From assembly GCF_001194135.2 (NCBI RefSeq), contig NC_068984.1, forward strand, positions 93,974,318-94,009,531: a stretch of 35,214 nt of DNA. Reading direction: 5' to 3'. The stretch comes from Octopus bimaculoides (lineage: Eukaryota). A model generated the notes under the pieces. It had not been told where the DNA came from. It made no database searches and saw nothing but the letters and a program-made list of their open reading frames with translations. Below, piece by piece: positions 1-11,032 of this stretch; position 1 is the stretch's first letter, and the number at the start of each line of letters is the position of its first letter. Both the position numbers and the translations under genes were made by a program.

Positions 1-71
1 CTGAATTTTCAGATTTTTTATATGCTAGGCCACTTGGTTTTAAATTGAATTAATATTCAATTTATCATCCT

Positions 72-74
72 ATC

Positions 75-114
<40 letters not shown>

Positions 115-250
115 CAACACACACACGCACATACGTACACCAATTGCATACATATTTTTTGTATGCATACATGTTTGTATGTGTGTGTGTGTGTTGCCCG
201 TATATCAACAAAACACACACACACACATCTTGCCTTACATATATATATAC
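72..250. repeat. (TA)n/(CA)n/(TG)n microsatellite cluster
   Basis: Direct reading. Similar tracts at about 2060-2158, 3540-3595, 3980-4107, 4580-4618, 17270-17425, 19189-19435, 20667-20823, 23535-23570 and 34486-34620. Confidence 0.95.
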
Positions 251-414
251 GGATAAATTTAAAATAAATATATTTTGGAAATGGCGATTTACGGTACAAT
301 ACCTAGAAACATGAAAATCAGACCACATGGGTTTGTTTACATCAATTCAGCAGTTTCCGTAAAAAGTGTTGGGTTAGGGAAGTGGGAAAGAACGTGAAAG
401 AGATAGAGAGAGCG

Positions 415-650
415 CTCTCTCCCTCCCTTACACACATGCCAGTTATCTCTCACCTTCTGTCTCTCTCCCTCACTTACACACATGCCAGTTATCTCTCACC
501 TTCTCTCTCTCTCCCTCCCTTACACACATGCCAGTTATCTCTGACCTTCTCTCTCTCCCTCCCTTTCACACATGCCAGTTATCTCTCACCTTCTCTCTCT
601 CTCACTCCCTTACACACATGCCAGTTATCTCTGACCTTCTCTCTCTCCCT
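415..650. repeat. Minisatellite, 5 units of about 44-46 bp
   Basis: Core cacacatgccagttatctct recurs at 431, 477, 523, 567 and 613, separated by CT-rich spacers. Confidence 0.9.
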
Positions 651-1038
651 GTCTCACACACACAGCAACATTACACACACACACATGCTGCTCTCTCACA
701 CTAACAAAAGAACTTCACATACACACCACACTTTCTGTCTAGCATACTCACTATAAAAAGATAGCGTCTATTTCTTTTTGGCAACATGTGTTTTGTGTGT
801 AATGTTGCTGTGTGTGAGAGAGAGAAAAAAAGAAAGAAAGAGAGCTAACTGGCATGTGTTTGTAAGGGAGGGAGAGAGAGAGAAGGTATTTTTTCCTTTT
901 TGCTTGTTGTTTGCTGCTTACCACACAACTCCCACTTTTTCTTTACATTTTTTTTGTGTTAGACGCTGGCAAACAAAAAGTTTCTCTCCTTCACGCACAA
1001 ACTTCGAAATTGGTAAAAGTTATGGTTGAAAATCGATT

Positions 1039-1446
1039 NNNNNNNNNNNNNNNNNNNNNNNNNNNNNNNNNNNNNNNNNNNNNNNNNNNNNNNNNNNNNN
1101 NNNNNNNNNNNNNNNNNNNNNNNNNNNNNNNNNNNNNNNNNNNNNNNNNNNNNNNNNNNNNNNNNNNNNNNNNNNNNNNNNNNNNNNNNNNNNNNNNNNN
1201 NNNNNNNNNNNNNNNNNNNNNNNNNNNNNNNNNNNNNNNNNNNNNNNNNNNNNNNNNNNNNNNNNNNNNNNNNNNNNNNNNNNNNNNNNNNNNNNNNNNN
1301 NNNNNNNNNNNNNNNNNNNNNNNNNNNNNNNNNNNNNNNNNNNNNNNNNNNNNNNNNNNNNNNNNNNNNNNNNNNNNNNNNNNNNNNNNNNNNNNNNNNN
1401 NNNNNNNNNNNNNNNNNNNNNNNNNNNNNNNNNNNNNNNNNNNNNN
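1039..1446. other. Assembly gap
   Basis: N run. Other gaps: 3596-3948, 16145-16177, 18307-18960, 24326-24335, 29301-30060. Confidence 0.99.
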
Positions 1447-1965
1447 TGTGTAGATAAATAAATAAATGGAGTTAAATGCAAGTGTTATTCAAATTCTTTT
1501 ACTTCCAACATATGTTTCGAAGACAACATTGGTATTATTTGAGAAGGAATAAAATGGTGTAAAACAATGCAATCTTCTCATCGGGTAAAGAAAGACACCA
1601 AACACATCAACAAGACATTTTACCAGAATGTAAAGACTGGGTATAATGATGAAGTAAACGGTAATAATTAAAAAAAAAAAAACTGTTAGTAGATATAACA
1701 TCAAAGGTAGCATATAGAAAGAGAAGGAGGAGAAGGAAAGAAATTAGCAGAAAACTAATAGTGGAGAAATATAGAGCGATGGGTGGATTAGAGTAAAGCT
1801 TAAAAGCATGGAATTAGATATATTTAGTGGAAGTGAAATGTAAGAAGACAATCATAAGTCAAATTATATACAATGGTAACACACGTTTTATAAACATGAT
1901 CTTTTTAGATATCAGATCAATTTAAAGATCATAATAAACAATATAATTGGAATTGAATATTCTCC
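1447..1965 (-). mobile_element. PLE-type pseudo-LTR/3' UTR remnant carrying a degenerate hammerhead
   Basis: Contains the hammerhead topology at 1502-1589. The segment 1464-1523 is visibly homologous to the arm of the fold-back at 34630-34691. Outer boundary approximate; abuts a gap. Confidence 0.55.
1502..1589 (-). ncRNA. Degenerate type I hammerhead ribozyme motif
   Basis: Minus strand: tttac CCGATGA gaagattgcattg...caatgttgtcttc GAAAC ATAT GTT ggaag. Core has U4->C, stem II GAAGA/TCTTC is perfect at its base, stem I has one mismatch. Confidence 0.6.
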
Positions 1966-2113
1966 CCTATTTCTTTACCGTATGATAAAGATAAACATTT
2001 CTGCTCGCTTTGTAGTAGCAAAATGTTTTATATTCTATTCTCGAAGAATCCCCTTGCAAACACATATGTATATATACATACATATTTACATACATATACA
2101 TACATACATAAAG

Positions 2114-2160
<47 letters not shown>

Positions 2161-2161
<1 letters not shown>

Positions 2162-2524
2162 TGTTGGCACTCTGTCGCTTACAATGTCAGGGGTTCCAGT
2201 CAATCAGATCAACGGAACAGCCTGCAAGTGGCTGAGCACTCCAGACACGTGTACCCTTAACGTAGTTCTCGGGGATATTCAGCGTGACACAGTGGGACAA
2301 GGCTGACCCGTTGAATTACAGACACAACTGAAACAGGAAGTAAGAATGAGAGAAAGTTGTGGTGAAAGAGTACAGCAGGGTTCGCCACCATCCCCTGCCG
2401 GAGCCTCGTGGAGCTTTAGGTGTTTTTGCTCAATAAACACTCACAACGCCCGGTCTGGGAATCGAAACTGCAATCCCATGACCGCGAGTACGCTGCCTTA
2501 ACCACTGGGCCATTGAGCCTCCAC
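2161..2524 (-). mobile_element. tRNA-derived SINE
   Basis: Pol III A box TGGCCCAGTGG (2502-2512) and B box GTTTCGATTCC (2458-2468) on the minus strand; flanked by TA-rich simple sequence. Confidence 0.8.
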
Positions 2525-2559
2525 ATATATAAATATATATCTACATACATAAATGACAG

Positions 2560-3540
2560 CCACTGTCACTGGCTATACTGATCATACAAAATTATCACAG
2601 CAATAAAAAACCAAGACGACATCAGAAGCTTACAGTGGGACCCGAAATCAATATACAAGTGGGCTGAAGTAAACAACATGCAGTTTAATGCAGAAAAATT
2701 TGAAGCACCGCACTATCAACTCAAGAATGCACTGCAGCCTGCATATACAGGATCTGAAGGCATTACAATCCCAGAGCCACAGGCAGTGAAAGACTTGTGG
2801 ACCAGTATGTGAAATGACGCATGATTTCATAACCACATTACCAACATGGCTTCAAAGTGCAGACAATTAGCAGGATGGATACTGAGGTTCTTCAAGACAA
2901 GAGACCAAGAAACTATGTTGACTCTGTGAAGAACTTTTATTCTCAGCTGCCTGGACTACTGTTTCCAGTTATGGTCACCACGTAGTGCCAAATTAACAGA
3001 GGAACTTGAAGGAGTCCAACGTCATTATAGTAAAAAGATTGAAACAGTGGAACAGATGAGCTACAGGGATGGGCTGAGAAAACTGCAACTTTACTCTCTG
3101 GAGCAAAGGTATGAGAGATATGCAATGATGTACATATGGAAAATTCTAGAAGGGCTAGTACCTAAATTTGGCATTGTTATACAAAAGCCAGAAATGGATG
3201 CCATTGTATTGTACCAAAGGTATCACCCACTACATCTAGATTCAAGACCAGGTACTGCTATAGTCTAGGGTTCAAAGGCCTACAGCTCTTTGATGCCCTG
3301 CCACAAAAATCAAGATATCTCCCTAAGGTGGAAGCAGAAGTCTTCAATAAGGAACTAGACATCCTCCTCCTCATAATACGGGATGAACCAACAGCCTGAC
3401 ATGAGGTGCAGACGTGGGCAGTAGAATCTAACTCCCTTATACACTAAATGGACCAACAACTGGAACAAAGGTACATACAGGAGTGATGATATGAAACACC
3501 TAAGACTAAGGAAACGCATGGCTGAAACGAGTAAAACAAT
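2560..3540 (+). mobile_element. Decayed CR1/L2-type LINE, 3' part of RT ORF and tail
   Basis: Broken frames: W(A)EVNNMQFNAEKF, CLDYCFQLWSP, LQLYSLEQRYERYAMMYIWKILEGLVPKFGI. Same family as 20829-21237. Clade assignment within the CR1/L2 group is tentative. Confidence 0.75.
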
Positions 3541-3557
3541 ATACACATATACATATA

Positions 3558-3595
<38 letters not shown>

Positions 3596-3994
3596 NNNNN
3601 NNNNNNNNNNNNNNNNNNNNNNNNNNNNNNNNNNNNNNNNNNNNNNNNNNNNNNNNNNNNNNNNNNNNNNNNNNNNNNNNNNNNNNNNNNNNNNNNNNNN
3701 NNNNNNNNNNNNNNNNNNNNNNNNNNNNNNNNNNNNNNNNNNNNNNNNNNNNNNNNNNNNNNNNNNNNNNNNNNNNNNNNNNNNNNNNNNNNNNNNNNNN
3801 NNNNNNNNNNNNNNNNNNNNNNNNNNNNNNNNNNNNNNNNNNNNNNNNNNNNNNNNNNNNNNNNNNNNNNNNNNNNNNNNNNNNNNNNNNNNNNNNNNNN
3901 NNNNNNNNNNNNNNNNNNNNNNNNNNNNNNNNNNNNNNNNNNNNNNNNCTGCAGAGTTCCCGAATTAGATCCAACGGAAATATACATATATATG

Positions 3995-4047
<53 letters not shown>

Positions 4048-4048
4048 A

Positions 4049-4081
<33 letters not shown>

Positions 4082-4107
4082 TATATATACATACACACAC
4101 ATACATA

Positions 4108-4570
4108 TCATCATCATCATCGTTGTTTAACGTCCGCTTTCCATGTTGGCATGGTCAGACGGTTTGACTGAGGGCTGGCAAGCCAGAAGGCTGAACCAGG
4201 CTCCAATCTGATGCCCTTTCTAACGCCAACCACTGTGAGAGTGTAGTTGGTGCTTTTTACATGTCACCAGCACAAGGGCCAGTGTGGTGGTACTGGAATC
4301 GACCAAGCTTGAATGGTGCTTTTTATATTACATCAGCATGGACCCAGTCAGAAAACACCGATCACACTCAAATCGTGCTTTTTACATGTCAGCAGCACAG
4401 GAGCCAGTCAGGCTGCACTGGGAATGATCACACTTGAATGGTGCTTTTTAAATGGTACCGGGACAGGACTAGTCAGGTGGTACTGGCATCGACCACGCTC
4501 GAATGGTGCTTTTTACCTGTCACCAGCATGGGTGTCAATCAGGTGGTACTGGCCACAACAATGACTTCAC
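4108..4570 (-). mobile_element. 5'-truncated RTE LINE 3' UTR (or RTE-tailed non-autonomous element)
   Basis: (GAT)n tail plus ggaaagcggacgttaaac. Matches the 3' UTR contiguous with the RTE ORF at 21249-21950. Contains five 59-66 bp subrepeats. Confidence 0.8.
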
Positions 4571-4577
4571 TTGACAT

Positions 4578-4618
<41 letters not shown>

Positions 4619-4740
4619 CTCTTTTACTTGTTTCAGTCATTTGACTGCGGCCATGCTGGAGCACTGCCTTTAGTTGAAGAAATTGACCCCAGGACTTATT
4701 CTTTGTAAGCCTAGTACTTATTCTATTGGTCTCTTTTGCC
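4619..4740 (-). mobile_element. SINE 3' portion with CR1/L2-type tail, truncated at the RTE junction
   Basis: Minus-strand tail ggcagtgctccagcatggccgcagtcaaatgactgaaacaagtaaaag is shared with the LINE tail at 20851-20891. Confidence 0.7.
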
Positions 4741-7352
4741 TCTTATGCCCAACTTTTCTCTCAAAACACTTACAATCTGTCATACATGCACATTGACATT
4801 GGACATCCAGCAAAGCATGCTAGCTTCATTTCTTACAAGCCTACACATGTACTCAGCCCATGTTTTATTGCCATGTAGCATGGCTGTTCCCACACAGGCA
4901 TTGTACAATCTGCTTTTCACTCTGAGGGAGAGGCCTTTGTTACCAACAGAGGCAGGAGCTCTCAGAGCTTTGCCCAGCCTATTCTTATTCTAGCAGCTAT
5001 GCTCTCGGAGCATCCACCCCTGCTTCTTACTTGGTCACCAAGGTAATAGAAGCTATCAACTACTTCTATTTTTACCCTTTGGAAGTTGGTGGAATCTATT
5101 TTCTGTATATTTTTAGTGTTTATTGTACCTGTGCATCTTCCACATGCAAAAACTATTTTCCCTGTTATCCTTCTCTGATATTGCTGCATCTCCTATGTGT
5201 CCATAGCCTACACCAGGTACATCTTATGAAGTTACTACCTTTGCCTTTTCTACAGATCGAGAAGGGCCATCTACCTAAAGGGACTTGTGATTTGTCTCTT
5301 ACTTACTAAGACTTTGGTTTTTGTTAGATTAACTCTAAACCTTGCTTCCATGCCTGAAATTTCTTCTCTAGTTCTGGTAGTGATTTGGCCATAAGAACTA
5401 TGATGGAGGACTATGATGAACAAGAGGAGGCTGAGGACTGATCCTTGGTGAACTCCTACTTGTACCCTGAATTCCTTGCTATACTGGTTGCTAACCTTCA
5501 CCATACTGACAACATCCCTGTATATGGTTTCTACAGCTCTCACTAACCACTTATCTATCTTTAGCATCTGCATTAACCACCAGATAAGGGAGCAGGGGTC
5601 TCTGTTAAAGCTTTCTTCATGTCGACAAAAAGAGTTTATTTTTGGCAAGATATTTCTTCTGCAGCTGCTTAACAAGGAATATAGCATCAGTTGTGCTCTT
5701 GCCTGGCACAAATCTGAACTGCATCTCATCTACACTAACTCTCTCCCTAATTAATTGAGCTATGATCCTTTCTGTGACTTTCATCACCTGGTCCAGCAGT
5801 TTGATACCGCTGTAATTATTCCTGTCTAAGGCTCATTTTTGCTTTTCTAGCAATTGACTATGATGCTGCTACACCAATTGTTGGATATGACTCCCTTTTA
5901 GACAACCTGATTAACTATACAAGTGACTAGGCTATATTCTGCTCCGTCAGATATTTTAAACATCTCAGCAGAGATTCCTGATGGGCCAGGGGCTTTCCCT
6001 GTCTTCAGGTCCTTAATTGTTTTATCTACTAAGCTACTGTTGATTTGGATAGCTGGTCCCTCAGCTGGGTCAACATTTGGCAGACTCTCCTTCTCTCATT
6101 CATTCTCCACATTTAGCAACCTTTCACAATAGTATTTCAAAGCTTCTTTCTTTGCAGAATCATTAAATGCAAGTGTACAATCATCTATGTGGACACATTT
6201 CTCTCCTATGACATCATGGTTTTCTCTCACACACTGTCTTGCAATCCAAAACACTTCAAGTCTCTGGTGCTCATGCAGAACATAGGTAAACTTTTTTTTC
6301 CCTACTTATCTCCTGGCTAGATACACCTGTCTCCTAGCTTCCTTTCTCATTATCTGATACAGTTCCCTGCTACTCCCACTCTTCCAGTCCTGTTTCTTTG
6401 TTCTGATGGCCTAATCTACAGCATTGTTCCACCACCATGTCACCCTAAGTCTGGATGGGACTTAGCACCAGTTGAAGAATTTATCTGTAGCACTCAGCAA
6501 GCTATCCCATAGGAATTCTCAGTTACCCTCTATGTTACAAGTCTGTAGTTCCTCCTCCTTCTCATCAAATTTCTCAATTAGGGTATCCCCAAATCTCTGA
6601 CCATATAAAGGGTCCTTAAGCTTCCAAATCTTTCTTTTTCAGATTGGTCTGCTTTTTGGCCTCCTTCTGACCTGAAGTCTAAAGTCACTAATGAATAGTC
6701 TATGCTGGGGGTTACATTCTTCATCAGGGAAGGTCTTAGAGTTTATGAGCAGCCACGTATCCCACTGTCTGGTGAGAATGTAATCGATCTGGCTGGTGTG
6801 GTCTCCCAATTGGTAGGTTATCAGGTGGCTGGCTGGCTTCCTGAAGTTTGTGTTGCAGATCAATAAGTTATTCGCATCACAGAACTGCAGTGGCCTTTCC
6901 CCCTCTTCATTTTGGGAACTAATTCCATGGCCCCCATGTACACCATGGAAGATACTGGCCTACTGCTCAACAGGCCCATTGAAATACTCAGCCATGAAGA
7001 TGAGACCATTGTCATAAAAGCAGTCATTTTGTTCATTTGGTAGACCCACTTGTGGAGCATAGACAGAGATAGTTGTCTCTGTACCATTGTGCAAAATTAG
7101 ATTGAGCTTAAGTACTCTAGCACATACTCTGACTACCTCTATGACCTTATCCACCTATTTCTCTACAAGAAATATGCCCACAGCACCTACCCCATCACTG
7201 TTACCTTCCCAGAAGATGTTATACCTATATGTCTTGCCTGTGAGGAACCTGGCTTAAGCTCCCCTCCACCTTACCTTTTGAATGCAACTCACATGAGCAC
7301 ACCTCTGTTCAAGCATTTCAACAATCTCACCAAACCTACCTCTCAATGTGCC
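4741..7352 (-). mobile_element. RTE-clade LINE, decayed (APE endonuclease + RT)
   Basis: Fragments VDKVIEVVRVCARVLKLNL...ISVYAPQVG, SQIDYILTRQ, GVHQGSVLSLLLFIIV, FYYLGDQV, with many stops and frameshifts. Same family as the copies at 21249-23533 and 30190-32682. Confidence 0.9.
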
Positions 7353-7403
7353 TATCTATCTATCTATCTATATATATATATATAAAGAAAACAGAGAAGT
7401 ATT

Positions 7404-7585
7404 GAAGTATTGATGAACAACAATTGACTTACGTCAATTATTATTTATCAATTCAATGCAAATAGGCTGCATCCCATCCAACAGCTGTTTCTGCTTCCAA
7501 TGTTGTATGGTATTGCCATTGATATGCAAAAATATTTATCATAAATATTTATTGATGTAAGTCACTTGCTGTTCATCAATACTTC
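7404..7585. repeat. Imperfect inverted repeat (35-bp arms) enclosing a half hammerhead
   Basis: Arms 7404-7438 and 7551-7585 with 3 mismatches; interior minus strand GAAAC AGCT GTT ggatgggatg (7470-7491). Confidence 0.8.
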
Positions 7586-7599
7586 TCCATTTTCTGTTT

Positions 7600-7940
7600 G
7601 CTTTAGATTTGGATTGTTGATAAACCTATGTTTATCCTTTCTTTACCTATAATGTATGAGCATAATATGTTTGCATATGTATGCCCATGGTTAAACATAG
7701 GTAATATACTGGTAGTGTAATGGATAGTTCTATCCTTTAGATAGTTATTTTAACCTCTAACTCAGATAACCTTAGCTAGCCTCCTTTTTTTCTCTCCTTG
7801 TTTCTTTCTGTGTTCCTTTCTGTGGAAGAGCGTAGGCTCGAAATGCTAAAGACTTCAATTCCCGAGCGTTATACTAATACATCTATTTGTTTTCTACACC
7901 ACCTGTCTTTGTCTATTGTGTTTTTTGTGAATTCTCCTTA
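7600..7940 (+). mobile_element. Probable PLE-type pseudo-LTR/3' UTR remnant
   Basis: Pyrimidine-rich UTR-like tract containing a minimal hammerhead-like motif at 7816-7851 and ending in (TA)n. Boundaries approximate. Confidence 0.45.
7816..7851 (+). ncRNA. Minimal hammerhead-like motif (degenerate)
   Basis: cttt CTGTGGA a GAGC gtag GCTC GAAAT GCT aaag: stem I cttt/aaag and stem II GAGC/GCTC in the correct order, but the core deviates (A6->U) and stem III is unpaired. Confidence 0.45.
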
Positions 7941-8058
7941 TATATATGGGCAATGTCTGATGATTGTGCTGGGACATCAGATGTGTTATAAAACCATGTT
8001 TGGCATATGAAACTAATAGTAGCACATATTGTGTTTATTAAATAATAATTATATACAT

Positions 8059-8330
8059 ATCATCATTTTAATGGCCACTTTTCATACTTGCATGGTCAGA
8101 TGGAATTCATTGGAGTAGATTTTCTACAATGAGATGCCCTTCCTGTCACCAACTATCACTGTCAAGGCATGGAAGGACAAGCACACATACACACTGGCTT
8201 CTTTCAGTATCCTTCAGCCAAATCCATTTACAAGACTTTGATTGGCTAGGTGCTGTAGTAAAAGACACTTGCACAACCCAAGGTGCCATACAGTAGGACA
8301 CTGGGTTGGGCAAGTGTCTTTTACTGGTTT
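8059..8330 (-). mobile_element. Old SINE with RTE-type (GAT)n tail
   Basis: Minus strand ...ggcaccttggg...caagtgtcttttactac...ggatttgg...ctgaaagaagcc...ggaagggcatc...tgaaaagtggccattaaaatgatgatg. Confidence 0.6.
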
Positions 8331-8618
8331 TCATCATTGTACTTGCAACTATGTTGTGATATCCAACTTCAAAAGCTTTAGTTGACCGTGTTGACCATAG
8401 TATTTATTTCAGTCTAGTACTTAATTTATTGATATACATTATTCAGAAAAGTCAAGATACAAAGAACAGATTCCAAGTAAGAAGTGTTAGCTGTTTTAGC
8501 TGAAAATGCGTGCTGTTTGGAATATTTGAAAATAATTCTTGTATAAAACAAATCTGATTAAAAACTGGAATAATTATTTTGACTTTATGCAATGAAGTTT
8601 ATTTCTAACACATCTTAC

Positions 8619-8731
8619 CGCATTATGGTTCCTGAATTGTTTATGCCTTCACCAGCAGCTTTCTGTATAGCGTTGTGTTTTGATTGCAACCGAGCAAGAC
8701 GATTACAGCTAAGTGTGTATTCCTTAAATTT
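8619..8731 (-). CDS. SRGAP: srGAP-family coding exon (end of F-BAR extension); not in the ORF track
   Basis: gtattctag|AAA TTT AAG ... ATG CG|gtaaga; 113 nt, phase 0/2; KFKEYTLSCNRLARLQSKHNAIQKAAGEGINNSGTIM(R) matches srGAP KMKEY...N...KLQAKHD..QK.LGE. I found no downstream (RhoGAP) exon in 1-8618. Confidence 0.9.
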
Positions 8732-9109
8732 CTAGAATACATTTAAAATTAATGAATAAGACAAGTGATTATCACAGTAAATATTTTTTTAAATAACTAA
8801 TATAACTCTACCAAGGTGAAATTAAATATAAAGTAAAAAATTTTCACCAAACTAATTTATTATAATTTTCTGAGAACCTTAGTCATATAATTTTACATTT
8901 TCAAATAAGATACAAGCTTTTGATAACACAAAATAGACTTTTAAAGAAACCTTTTAGGATCCTAATTTAAATTTATAACTGGCTATTGAAAGCAAGGAGT
9001 AAAAATTAAGATAAAATAAAGTCTTTTTAATTTAAAATTAATAAAGATTTTTGACTGAGGATTCTGGAAAGAATAAGTTAAGAAAAAAAAAAACCCCAAA
9101 AAAACTTAC

Positions 9110-9280
9110 AGAAAGATAATAAGACTCCGTCTCCAAGCGATCTGCTTTGTGTTTTGCAGCCTCATGGGGAGACTTTGGTGGAGGAGGGTTATCAGTTAAG
9201 AAGAGGAGTGTCACATCGTGATCGTTCACAGAGATCATTTTCATAAGGGAGTTTTCGGCAGTCTCAAGTGTTTTCCACAA
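9110..9280 (-). CDS. SRGAP: srGAP-family coding exon (F-BAR extension)
   Basis: cttttctatgacag|TTG TGG AAA ... CTT TCT|gtaagt; 171 nt, phase 0/0; LWKTLETAENSLMKMISVNDHDVT...KADRLETESYYLS (srGAP KT.E......D.DV....ETE.FY). Confidence 0.9.
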
Positions 9281-10199
9281 CTGTCATAGAAAAGTGAAAG
9301 AAATGTAATATAATTAGCTTGAATTTCACTAACCATTCAACAGAAATTAAAGAACTTAAAGAACTTCAATGTTTTACTTTTGTTCTCACTGGAACATTAT
9401 GTAAATAGCCAACAGTCATTTACCTCAATCTAGTAGATAAAAGTGGTTTCTGATACAAAAAGTTATTCGAAACAATCCCAATAGAATTCAGTATAATTCT
9501 TTGGGATAAGAAAACTTAAGCAGATGTTCAGAAGTTAACCAAAGAATAAAAAGAATTGGAGGACGAGCTAGATTAGTCATTTAGAAATGTAAAAGATGAA
9601 AGAAAAAATCCTTAAAAAGTTATAAGTGAAAACAACAGGTAGTGACTTTGAAGTTGAACTCTAAACTTGCAAGTTCAAATCCTGCTACAAGTATAATATG
9701 GTATCTTTGAAAGACATATATTTGACCGCAGCTAGCACAATTTGATTTATTGACACCACAAGTATCACCCAACTATATAAAATAATTTATTTTTAGAGTC
9801 TGAAAGTGAAGTGTTAGTCACAATACTTTTTAAATCAAGATTTGGTATTATGAATATTTTGGTTAAAATATAGCAATTACAAAGTTATATGGTTGGTTGA
9901 GTAAAAAATTCAAATACTACAACAAAACTAAACATTCTTCATCAAATTGATTAGCAGAGATTAATAATTATAAAGGCAAAATACTTTTAATAATGCATTT
10001 AATCAACACTTTTGATCATTACAAGATACAGAAAATAATTTAAACCTGATCACTTCTTAATCATATACAAAGCTCATGCCAGAAAACTGCTTACACATCT
10101 ACTACTAAAATTACACAGGCTCTAAAATGTCAAAGAAGATTGTGTGGCTGCTTGCAAACTCTCTCTCTCTCATTAACAGATCTCACCCACTGGATTTGT

Positions 10200-10430
10200 A
10201 AGCCAGTAGATGAGACATGTTAGTGAGAGTTAGCAGGTTACATACTGTTTCATACCTCTTCCACCATGACAAGTATAACCTTCTGTGGTTCTTAAGTAGC
10301 AATATACCATGTTTGTTCCAGCCCACCTGATGCATCCATCTCTCCTACACTCATTATTCTTGTTACTCATCCCACAGACATATCCAATCTTTCCCCCTTC
10401 AAATCTGCAACACTCTCCACTTCAGCTTTA
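10200..10430 (-). mobile_element. Very old LINE ORF 3' fragment (RTE-like)
   Basis: Degenerate minus-strand translation ...KIGYVCGMSNKNNECRRDG..IRWAG...EGYTCHGGRG resembles RTE C-termini; weak. Confidence 0.3.
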
Positions 10431-10939
10431 TATTAAATGTTTTTAACAAAAATATGACTATTGCTCAATTACTGATTCAACCATGCAAGCCGATTTAGGT
10501 ATATAATTTTTTCAGTTTAATATATATATTTTTGGCAAAACAGTCAAAAACTGTTTGAGTATATTCATAATCATAGCCAATTTTTTTTTAAAAATCAATA
10601 CATTTTTGGCAATAATCTTCAAGAATCTGTTGTAGCTGAGAAGCAAAAAAAAAAAAGACGATATAAGAGTTTAAGTTCCACTACAATAGTTGTGTTGGAT
10701 ATTTAAAGTAGGGATGTTTCTTATCTATTAAACAATTCCAAAGGTTTCCAGTATTAAAAAACAAACAAACAGAAAACAAAACAAAACAACAAACAAATGA
10801 ATTCAGAGTAATTTCTTTTTCTGTGAAGACCAATAGTTTTAAAATCTAAAGTATAAATTTATATAGAAACATAACAGGCAACAATGACATTAATGAATGC
10901 TTCCTAAGCCAGAAGAGTAAAGTAATATCCTTTACTAAC

Positions 10940-11032
10940 TTCATCATTTTCTAAGTGTACACCTTCTAATCGTGCTTTTAAGGTTTCACAGCGATGGGTC
11001 ATTTCATCCACAACTGCATTGATAGAGCGTGC
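10940..11032 (-). CDS. SRGAP: srGAP-family coding exon (F-BAR extension); not in the ORF track
   Basis: ttttttcctcttttaag|GCA CGC TCT ... GAT GAA|gttagt; 93 nt, phase 0/0; ARSINAVVDEMTHRCETLKARLEGVHLENDE aligns to srGAP ELVQRCQQLQSRLSTLKIENEE. Confidence 0.88.

Noticed and set aside
370-379. gggttaggg as an interstitial telomeric repeat
   Set aside because: Only one unit; expected by chance.
2458-2524. tRNA gene
   Set aside because: A and B boxes are present, but the sequence continues into a SINE body and no complete cloverleaf with an acceptor stem forms.
415-4560. Regularly spaced repeats (415-650, 4245-4560) as CRISPR-like arrays
   Set aside because: The spacers are homologous to each other, the context is eukaryotic and there are no cas genes; these are tandem repeats.
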